From an uncultured bacterium (lineage in GTDB: Bacteria > Krumholzibacteriota > Krumholzibacteriia > JACNKJ01), in NCBI GenBank assembly GCA_963695095.1, contig CAVOFT010000001.1:1888001-1952000 (forward strand): a stretch of DNA of 64,000 nt, in the 5' to 3' direction. Under the pieces are notes generated by a model. That model was given only the letters and a program-made list of their open reading frames with translations, did no database searches and was not told where the DNA came from. Numbering within the stretch: the stretch's first letter is position 1; each line of letters opens with the position of its first letter. Of this stretch, positions 7,788 through 17,201 are shown piece by piece. The position numbers and the translations under genes are program-made.

Positions 7788-9073
7788 AGCCGATGCGCCC
7801 CTACGGGCGCGTGGCAGTGCTCATCCTGGCTGGCGGCCGCGGCGAGCGCCTGGACCTGCTGACCACCCTGCGCGCGAAGCCGGCCGTGCCCTTCGGCGGC
7901 AACTTCCGCATCATCGATTTCGTGCTCTCCAACTGCTTCCACTCCGGGCTGACGGAGGTGTCGATCCTCACCCAGTACCTGCCGCGCAGCCTGGAGGACC
8001 ACGTGCGCTTCGGCCGCGACTGGGATCTCGATCGCATCAGCGGCGGCCTCCAGTACCTGCATCCCCACCGCGGCATCGAGCGCTCGAACTGGTACGGCGG
8101 CACGGCGAACGCGCTGTACGAGAACCTGAGCGTGCTGGAGGAGTCGCGGGCCGACCACTTCCTGATCCTGAGCGGCGACCACATCTACCGCATGGACTAC
8201 CGCGAACTGGTTGCCCAGCATGAGGCCTCCCTGACGCAAGCAACCGTGGCGGTGCGGCCCGTGGAGATGGCCCAGGCGCACCACTTCGGCATCTTCGAGA
8301 CCGACGGCGCCGAGCGCGTGATCGGCTTCGCCGAGAAGCCGGCCGCCCCGCGCAGCAATCTGGCGAGCATGGGCGTCTACGTCATCCGCCGGCACTTCCT
8401 GCTCGACACGCTGCGCCGGCGGGGCGCCAGCGAGCCGGCTCTGGACTTCGGTCGCGATCTGGTGCCGAGCTGGGTGGCGGCGGGCGATCTCGCCCTCTAC
8501 TCCTTCCCCGGCTACTGGCTGGACGTGGGCACGCTCGAAAGCTACGTGCAGGCGCACCGGGACCTGCTCGGCGCCGAACCGATCTTCCAGCTCGCGGATC
8601 CCGACTGGCCGGTGATCACCCATACGCCACCGCGCGCCCCCATGCAGATTGGCCATGGCGCGGGCCCGCTCGATGCGCTGATCAGCGAGGGCTGTCGCAT
8701 CGAAGGGCGTGTGGAGCGCAGCGTGCTCGGGCCCGGCGTGCACGTCGCAGCGGGCGCGCTGGTGCGCGATGCCATCATCATGGAGGACTGCCGCATCGGT
8801 CGGGATTGCCGCGTCGAGCGCTGCGTCGTCGACAAGCGAGCCGAGCTGGGCGAAGGCAGCCGCATCGGCGGCGAAGGCGCCGGCAACTGCAACGAGGAGC
8901 GGCCCGAAGTGCTGCGGACGGGCTTCAGCCTGCTCGCCAAGGACAGCCGCGTGCCGCCCGGCTGGGTGCTGGGCCGCAATGTGCGCTGGGCGCTGACCGG
9001 CGCCGAGGAACAGGCGCTGGCCCGCTTCCCGGACCGACAGGTGCCCGACGGCGCGAGCTGCCTGCTGCCCTAG
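7784..9073 (+). CDS. glgC: Glucose-1-phosphate adenylyltransferase
   Basis: LAGGRGERL...RAKPAVPFGG, WYGGTANA, SGDHIYRMDY, FAEKP, YWLDVGT; ATG 7784 overlaps the upstream TGA. Confidence 0.9.
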   Translation: MKPMRPYGRVAVLILAGGRGERLDLLTTLRAKPAVPFGGNFRIIDFVLSNCFHSGLTEVSILTQYLPRSLEDHVRFGRDWDLDRISGGLQYLHPHRGIERSNWYGGTANALYENLSVLEESRADHFLILSGDHIYRMDYRELVAQHEASLTQATVAVRPVEMAQAHHFGIFETDGAERVIGFAEKPAAPRSNLASMGVYVIRRHFLLDTLRRRGASEPALDFGRDLVPSWVAAGDLALYSFPGYWLDVGTLESYVQAHRDLLGAEPIFQLADPDWPVITHTPPRAPMQIGHGAGPLDALISEGCRIEGRVERSVLGPGVHVAAGALVRDAIIMEDCRIGRDCRVERCVVDKRAELGEGSRIGGEGAGNCNEERPEVLRTGFSLLAKDSRVPPGWVLGRNVRWALTGAEEQALARFPDRQVPDGASCLLP

Positions 9074-9113
9074 GCGCCGCCGGATCGCGGGCGGCCGGCC
9101 CGGCGTGCGCCGC

Positions 9114-11027
9114 CTAGCTGTCGGTGTAGAGCACCAGACGATCGCCCGGGTGCAGGACGCTGCGCGCGCTCAGCCTCTCGTTCCAGCCCAGGATGCGCTC
9201 GATCGTCGTTCCGTAGCGGCGGCTGATGCTCGAGAGCGTCTCGCCCCGACTCACCACATGGATGCGCCGCGCGGGCGGATCACTGGCTTTGGCCTGGGCG
9301 CTGCTCTTGCTGCCACTGCTGCCGGCGGCCAAGTACTGGAGCACCTGACCAGGATAGATGCGCGAGTTGCGACCGAGGTTGTTCCAGCGCTGGATCGAGC
9401 GCAGGGGGACGCCTAGGCGGCTGGCGATGGTCGAGAGGTTGTCGCCGCGGCGCACCGTGTAGAAGCTCTTGGCGTGGCCCTCCTCCGCTTGCAGGGGCGG
9501 CAGCACCTTGGCCGCTGCGGCAGCAACACCGTTGGGCGCGGGCTCCTGCCAGGCGCGATCCGGGTGGGTGGGGATGACGAGCGTCATCCCGGCGCGCAGA
9601 TTGCGCGGATTGCGGATGCCGTTGCGGTCGATGATCGCCTGCACGGTGGTGCCGTAGCCCTTGGCGATTTCAAAGAGCGTATCGCCTCTGCGCACCTTGT
9701 GCTTCGCGAAGCTGAGGCGCAGTTCCTCCGGTTCCTGGACGGCGAGCGCCGTGCGCAAGCCCTCGCCCCGGCCGGGCGGCACGTGCAGCGCGTAGCCCTG
9801 GCGATCGGGCGGGGTGCACCAGCGCAGAATGTGCGGGTTGAGCGCTTCCAGGTCGGCGCGCCGCAGGTTTCCCTTCTTGGCGATGACGGACAGATCGACG
9901 GCCTGCGGGATCTCCAGGTCCTCGTAGACGAAGGCCGGCTCGGGCTCGACCGTGAAGCCGTAGTCCTCCAGACGGCTGCCGATCCAGGCCGCCGCCATCA
10001 TCGTCGGCACGTAATCCTCGGTTTCGCGCGGCAGGTCGAGCTGCCAGTAGTCCCGGCTGCCGGCGCGGCGCACGGCACTCATCACGCGGAACTCGCCCGA
10101 GTTGTAGGCAGCCATGGCCAGGTTCCAGTCCTGGAAGATGCCGTAGAGATGGGACAGATACTGGCAGGCGGCCTCCGTCGAGCGCACCACATCGCGGCGC
10201 TCATCGACCCAGTAGTCCACGGTGAGGCCGTAGCGGCGCGCGGTGCCGCGAATGAACTGCCAGGGGCCCACGGCGCCGGCGCTGCTGACGGCCTTCACCT
10301 TGAACCCGCTCTCGATCATCGCCAGGTAGTAGAGCTCCGGCGGCAGTTCGTAGCGCGCCAAGCTGGCCTCGATGATCGGCCGGTAGGCCTCGCCGCGGTT
10401 GATCCAGTTCTGGTAGACCTCACGGCTGCGGCCGTTGAACTGCTCGATCCACTTGTCCACGCGCTCGTTCCGCTCGATGCGCAGAGGGCGGGCCGGGATA
10501 TCCGCCAGGCCGCCGTACCAGAGGGCGACCAGGGAGTCGTCCGCCACCGAGAGCGGGGCGGAGAAGTGCATCAAGGACTCCTCGTCGAAGATCTCCTGCA
10601 GGCGATCCAGACGGTTCTGCAAACTGGTCAGGTACAGGCTCGCCAGCCCACCCGTGGCCAGCTCGCTGTCGGCCTGAACCGTTGCCAGCTCGGCCACGGC
10701 CTGGTCGATGCGCTCCTGAGCCGTGAGCAGATTGCCCTGGGCGAGGAGATGCACGGCGTCGTCGTAGTAGCTCTGCAGGGCCTGCAGGGCGGGCTTGAAG
10801 GCCAGGGCCCGATCGCGGAGGGACCAGTCGGCCGGCTCCTCCAGGAGGTCGACGCTGTCGGCCGTCAGCGAGGGCATGCCCCCGCTCTCCGGCGCCGCTG
10901 TCGCCAGATTGCGTGCCGCTGTGCTCACCTCGGTGGCGGTGGCGGGCTCCTCTTGGTGGCTGGCGCAGGCGGGCAGGATGAGCAGAAGGGCAAGAAGCCC
11001 TGGCCAAAGGGCATGGCTGCGATTCAA
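9114..11027 (-). CDS. mltD: Membrane-bound lytic murein transglycosylase D-like lipoprotein (SLT + LysM repeats)
   Basis: TTG at 11027 after AGGAGG; lipobox LPAC; LAMIESGF, AVGPWQF, AAYNSGE, LPRETEDYVP; three LysM repeats (VRRGDTL, VRRGDNL, VSRGETL). Confidence 0.9.
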   Translation of the reverse strand: MNRSHALWPGLLALLLILPACASHQEEPATATEVSTAARNLATAAPESGGMPSLTADSVDLLEEPADWSLRDRALAFKPALQALQSYYDDAVHLLAQGNLLTAQERIDQAVAELATVQADSELATGGLASLYLTSLQNRLDRLQEIFDEESLMHFSAPLSVADDSLVALWYGGLADIPARPLRIERNERVDKWIEQFNGRSREVYQNWINRGEAYRPIIEASLARYELPPELYYLAMIESGFKVKAVSSAGAVGPWQFIRGTARRYGLTVDYWVDERRDVVRSTEAACQYLSHLYGIFQDWNLAMAAYNSGEFRVMSAVRRAGSRDYWQLDLPRETEDYVPTMMAAAWIGSRLEDYGFTVEPEPAFVYEDLEIPQAVDLSVIAKKGNLRRADLEALNPHILRWCTPPDRQGYALHVPPGRGEGLRTALAVQEPEELRLSFAKHKVRRGDTLFEIAKGYGTTVQAIIDRNGIRNPRNLRAGMTLVIPTHPDRAWQEPAPNGVAAAAAKVLPPLQAEEGHAKSFYTVRRGDNLSTIASRLGVPLRSIQRWNNLGRNSRIYPGQVLQYLAAGSSGSKSSAQAKASDPPARRIHVVSRGETLSSISRRYGTTIERILGWNERLSARSVLHPGDRLVLYTDS

Positions 11028-11119
11028 GGGGACCTCCTGGCGTCCGTTATGCTGGGGCACGGGGTGGTGCCGGAGCCCCGATGCGCTTTCGAGCAAGGGA
11101 AGTGCCCGCCGGGCGGGGC

Positions 11120-11149
11120 AGTCTAGGATGAAGGGCGAGTTCCTGGCAA
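11120..11149 (-). promoter_or_regulatory. Putative sigma70 promoter for mltD
   Basis: TTGCCA-18 nt-TAGACT on the minus strand in the divergent intergenic region. Confidence 0.45.
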
Positions 11150-11270
11150 TGGGGAATGACGAGCCGGAGGCACTTGTCTTGACCACCAGGGGGGACTTTA
11201 GTATATACTTGAAGAACATCTACTAGGTGCTTGTGATCATAGAGCTTAAACGGGGTCTCCGGATCGCCTC

Positions 11271-12608
11271 ATGAACCGACACCAGCGGACCAGCCGTTAT
11301 TTCCTCGAGCATCTCCTGCCCCGCGACGCCCTTCTCGCGCCCGAGCGGGAGCGCTTGGAGCGGGTTCTGCGGGCGGGCGAGCCCCAGGCTGAGCGCGAAC
11401 TGGCGGCCGAACTTGCCGAGGCCCTGGCCGCCCGCGGCGTCTACCAGCGCGAGACCGGCGGCAAGCTCCGCCATGGACGCAGCGGGCAGAGCTATCGCCT
11501 GGGATTGCTCAGAGTTCCCGGTCCGCCCACAGCCGGCCCTTCCAGCGCCCCCGATTCGGCGTCCCCAGCCGCCCCGCCGGCGGGGCCGGCGCCGGCCGAG
11601 GCGCCCCTGGAGCGCTTGCGCGAGGTGCTGGCGGTGCTCCGCCTGCAGGGCCGACAGCCGAGCATTGCCAACGGCTTGGCGCGCTTGCTGGCGGCCCCGG
11701 GGCGCTGGTATCCGGGCGCCCGCTGCACGCTCTACCATTTCCAGCCCCTGGAGGACGGCGACGGGCTGCCGGAGCTGGTCGCCCTGGAGCCGGACACCCT
11801 GGCCGCAGGGCACCCCTACCGGCGCGCGCTTGAATGCGCAGGGCCGCTGGCGCTCGATCCCAATCGCGACGAACTCGGCTGGTACCCGCCCCGGAGCGCC
11901 GGAACCGGGCAGGAGCAGTGGTGGCTGCTCGCCCTGCGCCTGCCGAGCGAGGACGGTGGCGTGCCCTGGGGCCTGCTCGAACTGCAGCTATCGGCGCGGC
12001 CGCCCAGCGCCTCCCTGCCGGCGGAACTGGGCCTGCTCGGCGAGGCCCTTTCGGAACTGCTGCACAACCACCGCGTCCTGGCGGGCGTGGTCTACATCGA
12101 CGGCCTGACCCAGGTCTACAATCGCAGTTTCCTGGAACTGCAGCTGCCTCTGGAAATCGAGCGGGCCACGCGCAACGGCGAGCCCCTGGCCATGCTCGTG
12201 GTGGACCTGGACGACTTCAAGCAGATCAACGATCGCCACGGCCACGAGGCCGGCGATCGGGTGCTGCGCGACTTCGGCGCCGTTCTGCGGGAGACCCTGC
12301 GCCGCGTCGATCTCGTCTTCCGCTTCGGCGGCGAGGAGTTCGTCGTGTTGCTGCCGCGCCTGGACGAGGAAAGCGCCTTGCGGGCCGCCGAGCGCCTGCG
12401 CCTCGCCGTGGCCGAACACCTCTTCGCGGCCGTGGACGAGGCGCCCCCGCTCGTCGTCACCGCCAGCATCGGCGGCGCCCTCTATCCGCGCGACGCGGTG
12501 AGCGAGCGCGGCCTCTTCCGCGAAGCGGACGCCGCCTGCTATCGCTCCAAGCGCGAGGGCAAGAACCGCGTCTCCTTCGCGCTCTCGCCCAGCGATCCCG
12601 CGGCCTAG
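11271..12608 (+). CDS. Diguanylate cyclase (GGEEF) with uncharacterised, possibly GAF-like N-terminus
   Basis: DGLTQVYNR, DLDDFKQINDRHGHEAGD, RRVD I-site, RFGGEEF, SKREGKNR. Confidence 0.93.
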   Translation: MNRHQRTSRYFLEHLLPRDALLAPERERLERVLRAGEPQAERELAAELAEALAARGVYQRETGGKLRHGRSGQSYRLGLLRVPGPPTAGPSSAPDSASPAAPPAGPAPAEAPLERLREVLAVLRLQGRQPSIANGLARLLAAPGRWYPGARCTLYHFQPLEDGDGLPELVALEPDTLAAGHPYRRALECAGPLALDPNRDELGWYPPRSAGTGQEQWWLLALRLPSEDGGVPWGLLELQLSARPPSASLPAELGLLGEALSELLHNHRVLAGVVYIDGLTQVYNRSFLELQLPLEIERATRNGEPLAMLVVDLDDFKQINDRHGHEAGDRVLRDFGAVLRETLRRVDLVFRFGGEEFVVLLPRLDEESALRAAERLRLAVAEHLFAAVDEAPPLVVTASIGGALYPRDAVSERGLFREADAACYRSKREGKNRVSFALSPSDPAA

Positions 12609-12665
12609 CTCCTTCCGCAACGCCCGACTCGGGAGGGCGCGCTGTTCTGGCCCCTGCTGCTGGGC

Positions 12666-14057
12666 ATGCTGGCCGGTCTGCCCTGGCGCCTGCCGGCGGC
12701 CCGCGCCCTCCTGCCCTGGTTCGCACCGCTGCTGCTGCTGCCCGCGGGCGCCCGTGGACGCGCGCGCCGCCTGCAGTGGCTCATGCGCGCCCTGGGCTTC
12801 GGCCTCGTCTTCCTGCGCCTGCCGGCGCTGCCGGCCCCGGGCGAGATCGTGGCTCTGGACGGCCACTGGGAAAGGACCCTCGGTCGCGAGGGGCCCTGCT
12901 TCAGCGGCCGGCTGCGGGAGCAGCCCTCGGCGCTGCTGCGCGGCCTGGGCGAGACCTTGCCGGCGCCGGGCGCGCGCCTCCGCGGCCGGGCCCTGGCGCT
13001 GCCGGCCGCCGGCGGCACGCGCGAACTGCGTCTGCTGAGCTGGCGGGCCGATCGCCAGGAGAGCGCGGCGACGCTGGCTTCTCGCCGCGCGGGCCCCGAT
13101 CGCCGGGCGCGCTGGGCGCGGCACTGGACGCGGCATTTCCCCCGCCGCGAAGCGCCGCTCGCGCGCGCCTTCCTGCTGGGAGCGCGGCGCGGCCTGCCCC
13201 GCTGGCTCAACGAGGCCTTCCGCAATGCGGGCATCGCGCACATCCTGGCCGTCAGCGGCCAGCACGTGGCCATCTTCCTGCTCTTGCTGCGCCTCGTCCT
13301 GGCCCCGGCGCTGGGTGCGCGCGGAGCCTTCCGGGCGGAGGCGCTGATGATCGCGCTGCTGCCGCTGCTGCTCCTCGTCTGGGGCGATGCGGCGCCGGTG
13401 ACGCGCGCCTTGCTCATGGCCGCCTATCTCCTCATCTGGCGTCGCCGCGGCGGACGGCCGCAGGGCCGGGAGGCGATGGGCCTGGCCGCGCTCTGCGAGT
13501 TCCTCCTGCGCCCTTCGGTTCTGCTCAGTCCCGGCTTTCTCCTCAGCTACCTGGCGACCTTCGCCCTGATGGCCGGCCTGCCGCGGGGCCCGCCGCCGCA
13601 GGCGCGGGGAGCGCGGCTGCGCTGGCAACTGCGCGCAGGGCTCGTCGCCAGCCTGCTCTGCAGCGCGGCCGTGCTGCCCGTGCTGCTGATCTGCTTCCAG
13701 CATCTGCCCCTGCTGGGGCCGCTCTGGAACCTCGCCGCGGGGATCCTCTGCGCGCCCGCCCTCGGCCTGGGCTGGCTGGCGCTGCCGCTCGCGCCCTTGC
13801 CTGGAGCCCAGTGGGGGGCGCTGCCCGCCGCCCTGGCGCTGCGCGCCCTGACCAGCGTGGCGGCCTGGGGCGGCGGACCGCTCGCCCTCGTGCTGCAGCC
13901 GGCGCCGCCGCCGGCCTGGACCTGGCTCGCCTGGAGTCTCGGCTTCCATCGACTGGCGGCGGGCAAGCTGGGGCGACTGGGCGCGCTGCTGCTCGCGACC
14001 CCCGTGCTCGCGCTGCTCGCGGGTCTATGCCTTGACACCCTGCAGGGGCCCAACTAG
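12666..14057 (+). CDS. comEC: ComEC/Rec2 competence membrane protein (Competence domain; start uncertain)
   Basis: FRNAGIAHILAVSGQHV, P.V.RA, SPGFLLSY.AT, many TM segments; no C-terminal metallo-beta-lactamase domain. Confidence 0.8.
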   Translation: MLAGLPWRLPAARALLPWFAPLLLLPAGARGRARRLQWLMRALGFGLVFLRLPALPAPGEIVALDGHWERTLGREGPCFSGRLREQPSALLRGLGETLPAPGARLRGRALALPAAGGTRELRLLSWRADRQESAATLASRRAGPDRRARWARHWTRHFPRREAPLARAFLLGARRGLPRWLNEAFRNAGIAHILAVSGQHVAIFLLLLRLVLAPALGARGAFRAEALMIALLPLLLLVWGDAAPVTRALLMAAYLLIWRRRGGRPQGREAMGLAALCEFLLRPSVLLSPGFLLSYLATFALMAGLPRGPPPQARGARLRWQLRAGLVASLLCSAAVLPVLLICFQHLPLLGPLWNLAAGILCAPALGLGWLALPLAPLPGAQWGALPAALALRALTSVAAWGGGPLALVLQPAPPPAWTWLAWSLGFHRLAAGKLGRLGALLLATPVLALLAGLCLDTLQGPN

Positions 14058-14060
14058 GAT
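14032..14060 (+). promoter_or_regulatory. Putative sigma70 promoter for the pur operon, inside the comEC 3' end
   Basis: TTGACA-17 nt-TAGGAT. Confidence 0.7.
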
Positions 14061-14135
14061 GCGGCCTCGTCCCTGGGATGGCCGCTCGCGGCGCTCCCGG
14101 CTCCCCAGTCACCGCCCTCTCGCCACAGGTCAGGG

Positions 14136-14765
14136 ATGACCCGTATCGCCGTCCTCGCGTCCGGTCGCGGCTCCAATTTCGAGGCCCTGGCCACGGCCGC
14201 GGCGGCTGGGCGGCTGCCGGCGCGCCTGGTGCTCTTGCTCAGCGATCGCGAGGAGGCCGGGGCGCTGGCCATCGCCGGCAGGCTGGACATCCCGCATCAG
14301 GTGATCCGGCCGCCCAAGGCGCGGGGTCGACTGGATGCGGCGAGCGAGGCCCGCTTCCTCGCCGCCTGCCAGGCCGCCGGCGCCGACTGGATCTGCCTGG
14401 CCGGCTTCATGCGCATCCTCGGTCCCGGCTTCCTCGCCGCCTACCGCGACCGGGTGCTGAACATCCATCCCTCGCTGCTGCCCGCCTTTCCCGGCCTGGA
14501 CGCGCAGGGACAGGCCTGGGCCTACGGCGTGCGCGTGAGCGGCTGCAGCGTGCATCTCGTGGACGAGGGCGTCGACACGGGACCGCTGGTCATGCAGCGC
14601 GCGGTCCCCGTGCGGGCGGGCGACAGCGCGGCGCGCCTGGCCGCGCGCATACTCGTCGAGGAGCACCGGCTCTACCCGGAGGCCCTCGCCCGCCTGCTCA
14701 AGGAACCCTGGCGGCGCGAGGGGCGCCGTCTCATCTTCGCCACGGACGAAGAGGGAGAGACATGA
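14136..14765 (+). CDS. purN: Phosphoribosylglycinamide formyltransferase
   Basis: VLASGRGSNF, LAGFMRIL, NIHPSLLPAFPG, GCSVHLVDEGVDTGP, EEH.LY. Confidence 0.97.
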   Translation: MTRIAVLASGRGSNFEALATAAAAGRLPARLVLLLSDREEAGALAIAGRLDIPHQVIRPPKARGRLDAASEARFLAACQAAGADWICLAGFMRILGPGFLAAYRDRVLNIHPSLLPAFPGLDAQGQAWAYGVRVSGCSVHLVDEGVDTGPLVMQRAVPVRAGDSAARLAARILVEEHRLYPEALARLLKEPWRREGRRLIFATDEEGET

Positions 14766-15652
14766 AAGCGCTCGTCGATTCCAGCGATCTGGGCCTGGCG
14801 CCCAGCTATCGCGGCAAGGTGAGGGATCTCTTCGACCTGGGCGATCGGCTGCTCATCGTGGCCACGGATCGCATCAGCGCCTACGACGTGGTCATGGCCG
14901 AGCCCGTGGCCGGCAAGGGCGCGCTGCTCACGGGGATCTCGGTGGCCTGGTTTCGCCGCCTCGAGGCCGCGGGGCTGGTGCGCCATCATCTGATCAGCGC
15001 CGACTGGCGGGACTTTCCCGCGCCCTATCGCCGCGAGGAACTGGCCGGCCGCAGCATGCTGGTGCACAAGACCGAGCGCTTCGACCTCGAATGCGTCGTG
15101 CGCGGCTATCTCGTGGGCAGCGGCTGGCAGGACTACCGGGCCACGGGGGCGGTCTGCGGCATCGCGTTGCCGGCGGGTCTCGGCGAGGCCGCGCGCCTGG
15201 AGCCGCCCATCTTCACGCCGGCGACCAAGGCCGAGAGCGGCCACGATCTCAACGTGGGGCCCACCGAGGCGGCGGCGATCGTGGGGGAGGCCTGGCTGGC
15301 GCGCCTGCGCGAGACCAGCCTGGCGCTCTACAAGTTCGCGGCCGACTTCGCCGCTGCGCGCGGCATCCTGATCGCCGATACCAAGCTCGAATTCGGCCGC
15401 CTCGGCGACGAGCTGGTGCTCATCGACGAGGTCTTCACGCCCGACAGCTCGCGCTACTGGGAGCGAAGCGCCTGGGCGCCGGGCGCCACCCCCGATTCCT
15501 ACGACAAGCAGATCCTGAGAAGGTACCTGGATGCCCAGGGCTGGGGCCGCAGCGGGACGCCGCCCAGCCTGCCGCCGGAGCTGCTCGCGCGCATCGCCGC
15601 CCGCTACGCGGAGATCCACCGCATCCTCTTCGGCGCGGAGGCGGCCGCGTGA
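14762..15652 (+). CDS. purC: SAICAR synthase
   Basis: GKVRD, ATDRISAYD, ECVVRGYL.GS, FTPATKA..GHD, ADTKLEFG, DEVFTPDSSR, DKQ; ATG at 14762. Confidence 0.97.
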   Translation: MKALVDSSDLGLAPSYRGKVRDLFDLGDRLLIVATDRISAYDVVMAEPVAGKGALLTGISVAWFRRLEAAGLVRHHLISADWRDFPAPYRREELAGRSMLVHKTERFDLECVVRGYLVGSGWQDYRATGAVCGIALPAGLGEAARLEPPIFTPATKAESGHDLNVGPTEAAAIVGEAWLARLRETSLALYKFAADFAAARGILIADTKLEFGRLGDELVLIDEVFTPDSSRYWERSAWAPGATPDSYDKQILRRYLDAQGWGRSGTPPSLPPELLARIAARYAEIHRILFGAEAAA

Positions 15653-17172
15653 AGATCCGCCGCGCCTTGCTCAGCGTCACGGACAAGTCGGGGCTCGTCG
15701 AGCTGGCGCGCTTCCTCGCCGGCCGCGAGGTGGAGCTGATCGCCAGCGGCGGCACGCGGCGGCATCTGGCCGAGGCGGGCATCGCCACGCGAGAGCTGGC
15801 GGCGTTCACGGGCAGCCCCGAATGCCTCGACGGCCGGGTGAAGACCCTGCACCCGAAAACCTTCGGGGGCATCCTCGCCGACCCGGAGCGCCACGCCGAG
15901 GACCTGAGCCGCCTGGCCTTCCCGCTCATCGATCTCGTCGTGGTCAACCTCTATCGCTTCCGGGAGACGGCGAGCGCGGGCAAGGACGAGGCGGCGACGA
16001 TCGAGGCCATCGACATCGGCGGGCCGAGCCTCCTGCGCGCCGCGGCCAAGAACTGCGCGCGAGTGGCCGTGCTCTGCGCGCCCGCGCAGTACCCGGACTT
16101 CATGGCGGCGGTCGCCGCCGGCGACGGCGACCCCGGCCCCGCGCTCCGGCGGCGCTGGGCGGGCGCGGCCTTCGCGCACACGCGGGACTACGACACGGAC
16201 ATCGCGGCCTGGTTTGCCGGTGAGGACGCTCCGCTGGCCGCCGGTCTCGGGGCGCCCATCGCCAGCCTGCGCTACGGCGAGAACCCGCACCAGCGCGGCG
16301 CGCTCCTGCCCTGGCTCAAGTCGGCACCGCCCTTCGCGCAGCTCGCGGGCGGGGAGCTGTCCTACAACAATCTGCTGGACCTGGGCGCGGCCCTGGACCT
16401 GCTCGGCGACTTCGCGGGCGGCGAGCCGGTCGCGGCGGTGATCAAGCACGGCAATCCCTGCGGCATCGGCTACGGCGCGAACGGCGGCGCCGCGCTCGCC
16501 GCGGCCTGGAGCAGCGATCCCGTCAGCGCCTTCGGCTCGGTGGTGGCGCTCAGCGAGCCGGCCGATGCGGCAGTGGCCGACTTCCTGGCGAAGAAGTTCA
16601 TCGAACTGCTCATCGCGCCCGGCTACCTGCCGGGCGTCCAGGAGCAACTGGCCCGGAAGAGCAAGCTGCGCCTGCTCGTCCTGCCCTCGCTGTCCGCCTG
16701 GCGGGCGCCGCGCCGCCTGCGTTCGGTGGGGCCCCTGCTCCTCGTCCAGGACGAGGATCTCGATCTGGCCCCCGCGGGCGCCTGGCGCCTGGCGACCGGA
16801 CCGGCGCCGGACGCGCTGACCCTGCGCGATCTGGAGCGCGCCTGGCGAGCGGTCAAGCACGTGAAGAGCAATGCGATCGTCGTCTGGAAGGGCGATCAGC
16901 TGCTGGGGGCGGGCGCGGGCCAGACGAGCCGCCTGGACTCCTGCCGCCTTGCCGTGGCCAAGGCCCGCGAGCTGGGCCACGCGCTCGCCGGCGCGGTGGC
17001 GGCCTCGGACGCCTTCTTCCCCTTTCCGGATGGGCTCGAGATCCTGGCCGAGGCGGGCATCCGCGCCGTGGTGCAGCCCGGCGGCTCCATCCGCGACGGC
17101 GACGTGATCGCGCGCGCCGAGGCGCTGGGCATCAGCATGCTGCTCACGGGCGAGCGGCACTTCCGCCACTAG
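15649..17172 (+). CDS. purH: Bifunctional AICAR transformylase / IMP cyclohydrolase
   Basis: [62 protein letters not shown] at 15649. Confidence 0.97.
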   Translation: MKIRRALLSVTDKSGLVELARFLAGREVELIASGGTRRHLAEAGIATRELAAFTGSPECLDGRVKTLHPKTFGGILADPERHAEDLSRLAFPLIDLVVVNLYRFRETASAGKDEAATIEAIDIGGPSLLRAAAKNCARVAVLCAPAQYPDFMAAVAAGDGDPGPALRRRWAGAAFAHTRDYDTDIAAWFAGEDAPLAAGLGAPIASLRYGENPHQRGALLPWLKSAPPFAQLAGGELSYNNLLDLGAALDLLGDFAGGEPVAAVIKHGNPCGIGYGANGGAALAAAWSSDPVSAFGSVVALSEPADAAVADFLAKKFIELLIAPGYLPGVQEQLARKSKLRLLVLPSLSAWRAPRRLRSVGPLLLVQDEDLDLAPAGAWRLATGPAPDALTLRDLERAWRAVKHVKSNAIVVWKGDQLLGAGAGQTSRLDSCRLAVAKARELGHALAGAVAASDAFFPFPDGLEILAEAGIRAVVQPGGSIRDGDVIARAEALGISMLLTGERHFRH

Positions 17173-17201
17173 GCGGCAGCGGCCGCCGCGCAAGGAGGAT
17201 C

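Noticed and set aside
11247..11273. Sigma28-like TAAA-N15-GCCTCATG before the diguanylate cyclase
   Set aside because: Weak match to GCCGATAA and it overlaps the start codon
14085..14116. ZTP-riboswitch-like words (GTGACTGG...GGGAGC) near purN
   Set aside because: They lie on the minus strand, opposite to the pur genes, and the 3' CGCCTGGGC hairpin is absent
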